Source: Trichoplax sp. H2
Lineage: Eukaryota
Assembly (NCBI GenBank): GCA_003344405.1
Contig: NOWV01000252.1
Location: 62,001 to 89,146, forward strand
DNA: 27,146 bases
Reading direction: 5' to 3'
A program made the translations under genes and the position numbers. The notes below the pieces were generated by a model. That model had not been told where the DNA came from and searched no databases. It saw only the letters and a list, made by a program, of their open reading frames with translations. Shown piece after piece: positions 10,500 through 22,199 of the stretch. Every line of letters starts with the position of its first letter. Within the stretch, counting starts at the first letter, position 1.

Positions 10500-13400
10500 G
10501 CAGGTAACACCCCTATATAAAAGAATCTGGAATAGAAAGCTACAATTCTTCAAACTTTGCTCAGGTCACTGGCATTGTTGAACCTAGTCAGAACAAAACC
10601 AAAGTTGTTAATCAACTTCACGATCTATTTATAGATTTTTATCGTAGAAAATTATCCAAATAAAAGTAAATATATTTTTGATAGATAATATTTCTGATAA
10701 AATGTGTACTTTAACTAAATATTGAATTATTGATAGCGACAGCAACCAACATAAAGAGTCAAATTATTTATCTTGTTCGATTAAAGGCGACTATAGCAGA
10801 CAGTGTATGGGTTGGGCTTTACCTCTAATAAGTTATGATAAATATAATTTATGGAATGAAAATAGTAATTAATTTTCAATGATGGCTATAATCTGATTAA
10901 TATTCAATGGTAAATCCTCCTTTAAATATTGGTCACGTGCGATTTCGTATTGGATATGAGTGAAATTTTTTGTCTAATATAGATATCACTTGGTATGCAA
11001 ATCGCGAAATTGGTATTCTAGCACAAACTATATTTCAAACTAAACTGAATAACCTTAGACTAAAGAAATGAGCGAATATACAAAAAATTTTAATACACTT
11101 ATAATCTTTTATAATTTTAAGCAATATGAAATCCCACTGTTAAAAAATTCACAATTCCATCTTGGAAAAGAAATATAATATTGGTATGAATTGAATGAAA
11201 ATTGATATCATGTTAATACGCTTGTGTTATATAAATATCTATCCTACTGTCTCTGTAGTAAATTAATTCAAATAGGGGGAGATCAATATTTCTTATTTTG
11301 TAACACCTTTCTGTAAATGCTACCGATAACCTTTCAAAAATCTTTCATAGGGCTTACTATTTTCATATCAGATCAGACATATAAACTTAAAATAATTTTA
11401 CCAGTGTAATCTGACCAGGATGAGAACAGTACACTTTAATTCGTATCAGAAATTCTACACTTAAATTTGGAATAAGGTAACTCGACGAAAGCTATATTCC
11501 ATATTTGAACATAAAACACTTTTAAATCAAATCTGTAATAAAGCACCAAAAGGTCGTCAAACTTATTCAAATAGTAGGTAGACAGTTATGTAATCTTGAG
11601 ATTTTAACAGTTTTAGCGCTGATTATAATTTATATGAATGCCTTCACACTTTTAACATGAAGTATTAAATTCCAAAATTTTGATAGTAGAACTGCTAGTG
11701 ATGAATGATATATTTTACTGCAATAGTTATTCTATGTTTTTGTTAAAATATTATATCCGTAATCGATAATTACCATAGACTAATTTGAGTTCACTTTTTC
11801 AAAATTCCTGGATTTTTATAAAGCAATTAGACTCCTATCAGTATAGTAATAAAGCAATGCGAATGAATGACGGTGATAGACTGATAATTCCAATATCCAA
11901 ATAACTGCAAACAAAGTTGAAAATCAATATCAGAAGGGGTATAAATGAACTTTCATGGACCGCTTCAATCATTTAATAAATCTTTTTAAGGTAATCAGAT
12001 AGTAAAACTTTGTTAGCGAATCATAAATGAAGGATATAATTATGGAGAAGATAAAATAATATACTTTAGTATTTATAGATCTTAATTAGTAACCAGGTGT
12101 CATATTTTGACATCGATATGGTGAATTGCTGTGGTGCAGCAGATGTTTACGTCAAGACTGTGCAGTATAATGTCAGTTTGCTACTATTCCACGAATTCAT
12201 TCTGTTTTTCTTTTCCCTGGTAGTTCAATTAGAAAGAAATTTTCTACCCAATACTAGTAATAGTTTTTATTACGTCACACAAAGATACCGCAATAGACTG
12301 TTTTAGAATATACCAAAAGCATTATTATTTTATTATTCAATTAATTGGTTAATTAAAAATTTTTGTTCCTCATTTCAATTTTATTTTCGGAATTATTTTT
12401 AGGTCGTAAACATCTAAATTGCAATGATATCTAATAAACATAACTTATATACAATTGGTACAAATATATGGTTGAGATGATGCTTCGGCAATAGCAATAG
12501 CAGATACATATTGTAATATGAGCTGGCATAGATATACCGTTTTTACGGCAATAATTATATAGTCAAGAAAATTAATGATAATAATAATTGCCAAAACTAA
12601 AAAACTTATCAAAAATTTCATAATGACTTTGATATTCTAATACGACATTATTTAAGAGCCCGTTTTATTAATTTAATAACATACCAGTATTTTTTTTTAA
12701 GAATACCTTTTTTATGAAGAGTAACTGATTTCAATTTTTATTTAATTCTAAATCGGGCTTGCTGATTTTAATAAACGTAACAATAAGCAGGGTGTATGTT
12801 TGGATAAGAATCAGTTAAATCAAGCATGACAGAAATTCTGTTGCATTAGTATCGTAAGCAACAATATCTGCAATACTTGATTAAATTCTAGACGAAGCAT
12901 TTAAGGATAAGCGAAAGGTAGAATACCCGTATGCAATCATGATTTTGAGATATTGTATATACAAAACTATTCTTATTAAAATATAATCTAATTACCTCCG
13001 GTAACATAAATGATAATGTGAATCATCATTGTAAAAATATCAAAGGTTCTCAATAAATTCGGCTGGCAGCATTTGAGTACTTACAACTAAGCTAATATGG
13101 TACTGTATCACTACCAGGTAAAAGCATATGATCAAGCCACAGCTGGTCATAATAGTTCACGACGACTTAGTCATATCTTGATAGCTACCTCTTAGCAATA
13201 GAAATTAAGCCTGGCTATTATTTAAAGTATCAACTTAGAAAAAGAATTAATTATTAAATTTCGACATTCAGTATTTCATTGTTATCATCTTTCAATAGGT
13301 AATATTAAATTACAAAGGAGTTATTACTAATAACGACATGTTTATTCTGTCCCAAAGATATAGGTATGAAAAACTTAAAATGTGATAAAGGAGCTAATAA

Positions 13401-13550
13401 ATTTATCAAAATTAAGCTTATTTCGAGAATTTCAGGACTGATTTATCTGGGATCTAATAAGCATTTAACTGTCAAATAGATCTAGCCTGTCAAATTCATG
13501 GTTGGCTGCCCCGTGCACAAGAACTTAAATTAGTTATACTGGTACTACAT
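10500..13550 (+). mobile_element. Decayed non-LTR retrotransposon (APE-RT plus C-terminal Cys motif; RTE/RTEX/CR1-group-like), fossil B
   Basis: APE motifs: VTGIVEP (10565-10585), GHVRFRIG (GDFNARVG-like, 10931-10954), IDIMLI (11201-11218), GGDQ (SDH-like, 11275-11286). RT motifs in one frame: YKAIRLLSV (YRPISLLS-like, 11817-11843), QKGYK (11931-11945), LVFIDL (12066-12083). Then IYG*DDA (DD at 12476-12481), VLNKFGWQHL (13046-13075), FMVGCPVH (13495-13518). Boundaries are approximate. Confidence 0.75.
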
Positions 13551-15258
13551 GATCACAACGGTGACAGTAAGACCCTGTGAACAATCTGACCAGATACGGA
13601 AACAAGCATCAAAATTGATATTTAAAACTAAACTTATTTTCCATTTGAATTTAACCTATAAGCTGAAAGAATAAGAGGTGAGAGGCGCTATAAATAAAAT
13701 TCTCGATAATAATAATAGATAGAAAATAAATTAATCAAGATCTTTTCTGTTTTCATCAAATTTGGCATGACCAGTGCGAAAAGATGAATCTTTTGTAGAT
13801 GAACTGTTACATGATTATGACTTATAATACTGAACCAGATTTCAATTATTCTGTCAATTTCTAGTCGGCATTTAATGCAGCATCCATCTAGAAAATTTTT
13901 GATGTCGGCATCATTTATGTGTAACTAATTCATTCTGTATTGTATTTATGATTATAGCATTGTTATATTCACTGCTGCCATGGCTGCAAGCACAAATACT
14001 TCCTTGCAGCAACAAAAACTGTTGTTATTCTCAATTATGTTTTCCTCAGAGTTCAGACTTTATTGTTAGTTTATGAAATTTCGTGATGTAAGACGTTATA
14101 CTTTATTGTAAAAAGTGATAATCAAGTAAGTATGTGTATTACAGGTCGTACATTCATACATTATATAATATAACTACCATATTAAAATATTTTACATTAA
14201 AATTTTAACTCAAAATATTTTTATTCATAATACATAATTTCAATTTAAATACATTAATGAATAAAATATCTTTTCCTATTTGATTTGACTAATTCTTGTA
14301 CAAGAAATGCCTTGTGGTCAATATTTCATGCCTAACCGAATGTTGTCACCTAAACACTAAGTACTCAGGATATTAGCAGACTTTCCAGATGAATCTACGT
14401 TCATTTTTGTGATATAATTTCAAGCTTATTATAACTTTATTAAAATAGCTCCTGATTACCTCACTAACACACTTTCAGTTTTCAAGATCGCAAAATTCAT
14501 AATGTACCAATCGACATTCTATCATCATACTGTTACAATTGATTCTAAGAATTGGCTATTAAATGAACTATTTTTTAGATTGACAGCAACAGCACCGTTC
14601 TGAATTGATTAGTTACTTTAGTCGCCTCTCATAATTAATTTTATTCTATATTTAGTGTATTTATCTTATCTGCAATTTTGTTGATCTCTTCACACACATA
14701 ATAAATAAACTGGGAACTAGCTTTGACAGCGGAAGCTTACATTGACGTTATATAAGAATATAAAGCACATTTTTTTGCAAGTAAATAAAGCAATCTTAAT
14801 TAAAAGTATTACTTTCTGTTCTATATTGCACTACACCGGAACTGAAATTTAACTACAGCAGCTGTAATTCTGTATAGATTTTAATTTCATACGGCACTAC
14901 TTTTCAAAATAAATTAGATATCAGGGTAAACCGCATTGTTAGCAATTCATTTGTTAGCATCTGGGTGTATTATATGTTGTCAGCACTTACACTTTGGATA
15001 AACAAGTGAAACCGTTGTAACATCTAATTTTCCTAGTAATGTTACGTTACAAATCGAAATTTGCAACGAGAAATAGTTAAAAACTATTATTGGAATTATA
15101 CACTAGAAATCTACTCTAAGTTTTATCTTCCCTGATGCTTACCAGCAGTATGACTCTACAGTAAATACTGATCTCCTATCGTTGGGAGGAACCGTAACAA
15201 TACTTGTCCCTCTGCGACAAACTGAACCCAAACTTTATTGAAAAATAGTTCAATTGAT

Positions 15259-15530
15259 ATGTTACATGAGAACGTTATTAGCGAACAGTTAAAATAGCTA
15301 AAAGTAAATAAAATAATCGTTTCATTAACTTTAAATCGAAGTAATTATACTTTTGACTGTCGACGGATAACGGAATGTTATCTGAGGAAAATATGAGATA
15401 ACTATTTTATAAGAAAAGTCACTTCGTGACATGTTACATGAGAACGTTATTAGCGAACAGTTAAAATAGCTAAAAGTAAATAAAATAATCGTTTCATTAA
15501 CTTTAAATCGAAGTAATTATACTTTTGACT
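15259..15530. repeat. Perfect 100-bp direct duplication with 72-bp spacer
   Basis: 15259-15358 is identical to 15431-15530. A third, degenerate copy of the 3' end (TCGAAGTAAT...TTGACTGTCG) follows at 15532-15558. Confidence 0.97.
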
Positions 15531-16338
15531 TTCGAAGTAATATTTTTATTGACTGTCGTATCTGTAGCAAAATTACAGCATCTCATACGTCAAAGTTCTT
15601 ACTTGTGTATCGCACCTGTACTCGTAACACAATCTCAAATTATAATAAAATTTACCTCCATAGTTAAATATCTGATTTTTAAATACGTTGATACGCGTAA
15701 GCTAGTTCATTGTATACGTAAAATTTACGGTAACACCTGCAACATATTTGTTACTGTATTTAATCTTCCATATTTTTACTGGTCTAGGTTTTTGTTATGA
15801 TTTAGGCTTTATGTTATTTAGAAGCTAGTATTTCATAAATTCTATAGAATCAGCCGGCTATTAAATATTCTATAGAGCTGCAGGAAGCTTTTAATTTGTA
15901 AAGTCTGTTTTAATGCTAATTTTAAGCTTATTATGAGCTAACTAGATGTAGTATGGGCCTAAACTACACATTGTTGTATAATTAAATAGAAATAGCAAGC
16001 TTATAGGCTATTAGCGAGGCAAGTTGATAATAAAATGTTCAAAATTAGTACCAGTAATATTAAGCATCTAATTAAGTGCTATGCATGCAAGTTGTTTTAT
16101 AATATCTTACACCGACGAAATAAAAGCATAAGTAAGGACATTATTCAGAGGCTACGTTATCATTCGGTGAAAATTATAATAATGTGAACTCCTTTAGTAA
16201 AATTGCTTTTCTTAAGATAATAAAATTTACAAATCGCAGTTCATAATGAAGTACTAAGTCTGTGTATTGATTATGATTAAAGACAAATAAAACAACACAA
16301 TTTATAAATTTTTTCCCACAAGCTGTAAAGAAGATTAC

Positions 16339-17100
16339 ATGGCTTTAGATAGATCTGAATCAGGATTTGTATCTGTAGTGCAGTCCGGAATCAGCCTAAG
16401 ATTAAAACTGAAGGCTTGCATGGGAACGGGTAAATCAAACCATTGATTGTAAGGAAGCGTACATAACTATTTATTTATAGAAGATGATTACGACGCGTGT
16501 TATACCAATTCTATTGAGATATTAGTATAAAGATTCCAAGATATAAATAGGTTTCACTAAGTATGTGAGTATTGTGAGATTTGTGATGCTTTAATTGAAA
16601 GCGCAGAAATATGAACAGATCGCACCATGGTAATCAAAGAACTGAATTTGCGATGAAATCGGCAGCAAATAGTTGTATTGTTAAAATATCACTCTGTGAC
16701 TAATTCTATGTCAACGATAAATTCTCTTGTAACAGTCAAGATATTGTGATTAGAGCTAGATTGTCTTTGGTATTTGTAAAACGAACCTAATTTATGTAGT
16801 AAAGTGAACTTTACCAATAACAGTAGCCCTTGATTTATTATTTTAATTAAAGATAACTCATCTAATTTCTCTAGAAAGCTCAAGTGTTCGCCATCTACTG
16901 CATTGGACAGAAAATTTTAAAAGAAGATATAGTTCGTAAATATTAGATTGCATGGTGGCTATGTTCTAGATTAGTTCTTAAATTCCAGAAAAAATATTAC
17001 AATTGCAACGATAGGATTGAATAGTCTTCACACATTTTGTTGCTCTTGGCCGGCTTGTTATTCAGTAATAGTACTATACAGTAAACTTCAGGAGGTAATA
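16339..17100 (+). pseudogene. Decayed origin-binding-protein (UL9/Herpes_ori_bp-like) superfamily 2 helicase
   Basis: Walker A LKACMGTGKS (16408-16437). Same-frame motif Ia-like ACYTNSIEILV*RF (16495-16536) and LIES (16591-16602). Walker B ICDEIGS (16646-16666). Motif III-like IVIRARLS (16743-16766). Motif V ITIATIGLN followed by frameshifted FTHF (16996-17038). Several stops and frameshifts. Ends are approximate. Confidence 0.6.
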
Positions 17101-18680
17101 TCTTCTACAGAGCAAGCAGTTAAATTTAATATCAAAAAATTTAATAATGATAGCGACAACTTTTCCTAAAGTTTTATCCTGCGATAATGAGGCTATGAAT
17201 GGATGCTAAAATAATGAACTTAATTGTCAAGATTAATCAGAAATATCTAAAACAATTCTTTACTTAGAAACTTGCTCAGTTACTGAAATTACCTAGCATT
17301 ATTTTAGTCGTAGCTAGAGTAAAATTATATATTATTTTTATACAACTTAGGAAATCATAGAGAGCGCCTAATATCATTCAATAACTTTCTTAATAGCAAT
17401 ACATTATATTACATCACAACTTTAAAATACTACCCTTTTGTAGCTAGATGAATCAAGATGTATTTGCTAGACGAATAAGTCATCGAATACGATTTTGATG
17501 AGCGTTTAATAATTTATAAGGTTACAATTACAACCAAGATACACTTTTCAAGCTAGACTATCTTAATAAATTAATCACATTTTTTAATAGCCGTTACATT
17601 TCGTATACGACCAGAGTTAAAAGGGTATTTCGATTATAGATCCCGGTTATTCTATAATCGATGTACACATATAGTAAATGGTATCAGTACTACCATATTG
17701 TTACAAACAAAACGAAATAACTTTCATAATTACATGTAGAAATTTGATAATTCCATATCAGTTCGAAAAATTAAATTATAATTACATAGTCTACCAATTT
17801 AAACATTTATACCCACTGCGAATTTACTATAAAATCCATTATACTACAATAATTTGTTATCGAAAGCGCTATTAGGAGCTAAGTACAGGATACATGGATA
17901 TGCAACTTCTTATCTAAACAGCATCATCATCAAAGTTGAAATGGCCTATTCAGATCAGAAAGAAGACGTTTTGTCTCTAAATCAAAGACCAAATAGAGAA
18001 TAACCTTTAACTTGCCTAATTTAAATAATTACATTTGATATTATCTGAATTATCAATGATTACAATCTTCTGATGGCAACATTTTTAATTTCTTATTTAT
18101 ACTTTGGCTACAATAAATAGCGTGGAGTAGTAACAAAAATTAAAGTTTTACTAAATCTAAAAAAAATAACTGCTAAAATCTTGAGATTTTTCCATACATC
18201 CAAACCCCAAATTTTTTGTTGAAAGAAAGTCTTTAATTAAGAAGCCCCCTGAATAATTATTATTATACAACAACTGAAGCAGTTTTACCTTAATTCAATA
18301 CTTTATAAGTAATCCTTGAGTAGTTAGCAATTTCAGAAATTTCGACGAGGTTGCATAAGAATATCAGATTTATCAAGACAAACCTTAAATGCCAAATAAT
18401 TTAATGATAATCTAATGTCTACTTGCTTCAGTTATTATTAATTAAAAGAAGTTATGGGCACAGCATAGCCAAAGAGTATCACAAGCAGTAGCGAAAGACA
18501 TACAAACTAATAAATATCTCATCTCCAAAAATTAAATCAGAGACCACGATGTATTCCTTTATGAACGAGGAATATTGTATCATATTAATACACAACTATA
18601 AATATCTGATTCTGTAAGCTTTAATTCTCCAAGAAATGGGTATTGCCCGATACTAAAGCAATGTCTTCACTTCATAGAAA

Positions 18681-19799
18681 TTACGTTTTGAAGCTACCTT
18701 GATGTGTTAAATGAACGGCCGGACTAATAGCTAAGGAGCTGGATATCTGTGCATCACCAACTTGTCTCAACCTACTACTACACCAACAGCTATTTAAGCG
18801 TACATTTCTCCAAGTTTTCAAGCATTCCTTCTTAATGGCTGAGGTAAAAACGACAGATAATATCGGATGAACCAGTAAATAACCAATAGTTACAAGATAA
18901 GAAACATACAGTGGTACTCGGAATTTCTGCTCATCGTTTGTTTCGATCAATAACAGAAATAAGAAATAAAACGGAAACAAGGTTAATGAATAAATACCTA
19001 CTAAAAGTAGCATTTGTAATAAAGGCTTTCTATTCCTTAGGGCTCGTTGACGGGATTTACTATGATGCGATGTTTCAGTTTTATTCGAAACTAGAGGATT
19101 AGAGGTTGTTAAAAGTATAGTGTTTCCGTTAGATGCCATAGCACTAGCGGATAATCTTCCGGAAGTTCTAAGTAGCCATGATTTACTAGTTATTGAACTG
19201 ATCTTATAGATCATAATGATATAAGTAATAGATATGACAATTGGAGGTAAAAATATAATTATAGGAAAAAGGATGTAGAAAAAAACATTAATGATATGTT
19301 TTGGCCAAGGAAAACATCTTTGATTTACGATCCATGATGCTATAAATGATGGAAGGTAAATTAGTATCACTGGTAGTAGCCATACTGCAACCAAAACCAC
19401 GGAAGTATTGCGAACGTTTGCAAATCTTTGATAGCGAAAAGGATAGATTACCGAGAAGAATCTCTCTAAGCTGATAGCAGTAATATGAAAACTAAATATT
19501 CCACCTAAAGTAAGCTCTACGGCATGATTATAAATACATCGAAGGAAAAATAGATGAACACCAACTGTTGATACAGACGTGACAATGGCAGCTATTATAA
19601 GCATAAGTGCGAAAAGTAGAGCTGAGACGCAACTGCTGCAAATTATAATATTGGTAACTGTTCTTAAACTCGATTTAGATAAGATCATAATTACGACAGC
19701 AAGATTAGTGACAGCGACAGGTGATATGATGGCCGCTCCAATTTGATAACGATTAAACGGCCTGACTGGAAGAGTATCATTTCCTGTAGTATTATTCAT
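18681..19799 (-). CDS. Orphan class A GPCR (372 aa), paralog of 9012-10082
   Basis: Intact ORF with 7 TM segments and N-terminal NNT/NTT/NDT sequons. Shares FNRY, ILSKS.LR..NIIICSSC.S.LLF, ISLERFFSV.YPF.YQR.AN, FLP..I..Y, L.QM...GIY...PF and HP....F...IK.E..K.W.N.RL with 9012-10082. Confidence 0.93.
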   Translation of the reverse strand: MNNTTGNDTLPVRPFNRYQIGAAIISPVAVTNLAVVIMILSKSSLRTVTNIIICSSCVSALLFALMLIIAAIVTSVSTVGVHLFFLRCIYNHAVELTLGGIFSFHITAISLERFFSVIYPFRYQRFANVRNTSVVLVAVWLLPVILIYLPSFIASWIVNQRCFPWPKHIINVFFYILFPIIIFLPPIVISITYIIMIYKISSITSKSWLLRTSGRLSASAMASNGNTILLTTSNPLVSNKTETSHHSKSRQRALRNRKPLLQMLLLVGIYSLTLFPFYFLFLLLIETNDEQKFRVPLYVSYLVTIGYLLVHPILSVVFTSAIKKECLKTWRNVRLNSCWCSSRLRQVGDAQISSSLAISPAVHLTHQGSFKT

Positions 19800-20723
19800 T
19801 TTTATTTGTTCCTACTCCTATTTTCGATATTATAAATAGGATAAACCTAAGATACCGTTAAAGTCGTTAATACTCAAAGTCTAACAATTCCGATTAATGC
19901 AGTCAGTAATTCAAAGTATCGATAGTTGTCAACCTTGACCGCAATTTATAATTGGAAGGCGTTTATTTCAGAGACTACTACCAAAGCAACAATTCTTAAA
20001 GACCTTGTAAAGCTTGTAAAAGCTGACTTCTGAAGTACGAAAACTGGATCGTAGGTTGTAACTAATTTAGTGATAGTAAACCTGTAATGTATTTAGCGCT
20101 ATGGTCGAAGTTGCAATTAATCTAGTAAGTGTGAAACGGAATTTTCTTAAGCGATACCAAAGAAAGAAAATTTGAATGGCTAACTTTCTTGCTTTAATAT
20201 GGTAATCCAATTAAAACCTAAGTTTTGAATAACGTCAGAGAGTGAGTACCAGAATAGATTGTGCTTGATTGAGAATTATAATCTTAATTAAATGCCTGAC
20301 ATCGTTGAATAAGTGCAAGCCGTTAGAATATCAGTTTATGACGTACTATAATGGCTGATTATATATAAGATCGACCAGCTATTAGAATATAATGTAAGAT
20401 ATCCAACAGAAATCTGTATATGGCTAATTTCGAACGACAATCGCCCAAAGAACGTGTCAGTAGTATTAAAAAATGTAGATTTTTCTCTCTTGATGGATAT
20501 TATTTCAGCAGAAGTACCTAGGAAATGCACATGAAAGTGAGTATATTCATCTTGTAATGAAATAGTGTATTAAATTAAAGAAAATCAAAATAGTTCTTGC
20601 TGCTTAAGCTGATAACGTTTCGTGACTTAGGAGCATAAAATGTAAAATACGAGTGTAACAGTATCATCCAAAACGTATTATTCGGCTATGCAGTATGCAA
20701 TGATAGATTTGCAAATAAGGCAG

Positions 20724-21280
20724 TGTAATGTAACTTAGTATTGTGATTGTAGACTGTTAGCCATATTTAGTAGAATGTACGGTAGATATTTATCCTAAGA
20801 GATATTTGGTAGCTATAACTATAGACTGTATTGGTAGAGACTCTATGTTAGAGTACAGATGACTATATACAGTAAGCTGTTGAGTTACTAATATGGCTAT
20901 AGGTAAAAATAGAACTGTAAATCATATATTAGGATATGGTTAATTCATTGTACTTTGGCTGGTGTGAATAATGTTTACGTTAGTACTGTAGTCGTATCCA
21001 TATTGGATTAATGATGGTCCGTAGTAGAATAGTCTTACTAAGAATAATTTAACTATGTGTAAAATAAGGTAAAATTTTTGGTTGACATGCGGATTGTAGC
21101 TGCGAATGCTACGGAAAGTATAAAAGCATGCAACTTTAGATTATTCTGTTAGTTCGTTGTAGAAGTCTTTAGTAGTAGTATTCGGCTAAAGTAGAGCTGT
21201 GTGTAGTTAATCTTTGTATAAGATTCAATAAAGCCCTTATTTTTCTAAAATTTGGAATTTCGTGATTGGTATATATCACA
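20724..21280 (+). mobile_element. Solo LTR, copy 2 (557 bp) with 5-bp TSD GGCAG
   Basis: TGTAATG...TATCACA termini. GGCAG on both sides (20719-20723 and 21281-21285). TATAAAAG at 21119-21126, AATAAA at 21227-21232. ~96.5% identical to 4127-4677. Confidence 0.92.
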
Positions 21281-22199
21281 GGCAGTTTCAAACATTTTTA
21301 TCTCATTAATAAGATGTACATGCATAGTCATAATTCCGCGCAACAACATCGAATTACATTCGATTTCTGTAGTTTTAAACAATCAATACCCTTTAATTTA
21401 TTATTTATAATAATATTTGACTGGTCAAATACACTACTGTTAAGTAAGGCTCAAAATTATCAAATATCGATTATTATTGGTATCATCAAACACCGTAATT
21501 GTAATAATTTTTGAAATACTATTATCTCCTAATAAGAACTATATCAGAACACCAATATGGCCGAATTTCCCGATGAATTTTGAAATAGATATCGAAATAT
21601 TTCCTTTTCAATGCGGTAATAGATATTTCAATAGAAAATAAATAAGAATGAAATAAAAACGTAACTTCATGTGTGAAATAAATATATTGAAATGACTATA
21701 ACGTATGGTAATCTATGGCAATGCAATGATCGAGAAAAATACCTTTTATTTTAAAACTATCGATCTCGTATGCGTAAACTGAGACCCAGACATAGTTACA
21801 AGTTTTAAATTCTAGTAATATAACAGCAAGATAGTTAAATTGCAATTGCGGCCGGATTTCAAATTAGATCTAATTATGTCACGGTACGAACCACCGAGAA
21901 GAGTGAACGACTAAATTTAGTGGTTAACATTTAATATGGAGATAACTAATAATGACTTACAGTAAAAATTACGGTAGTTAGTATTTCATAACAGTACATT
22001 ATGCTGTACTATAATAGGAGTTCTTATACGGTGACTATGGTTAATTGATTATAGTGTTATGTCTTGTAACGCTTGTGATTAATATTCTGAAGATATTCAA
22101 TTATAGATGATACTATAAATAATTCTGTGTATAGATATACTGTAATCTAATTATCTAGAATCGTTCAGTACATGTCTAAGATTATGAATAATTTCTGTA

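Noticed and set aside
13983..14010. Hairpin GCTGCAAG-N12-CTTGCAGC
   Set aside because: An 8-bp stem is expected by chance at this scale, and no RNA-gene context is evident.
4127..21280. A single 17-kb LTR retrotransposon carrying GPCRs
   Set aside because: Copy 2 has its own TSD on both sides, the outer flanks (TTCGC/GGCAG) differ, and no PBS, PPT, gag or integrase was seen.
4127..21280. CpG-decay (methylation) signal between the LTR copies
   Set aside because: Only 3 of 19 substitutions are clear CpG-to-TpG/CpA changes from copy 1 to copy 2, too few to infer methylation.
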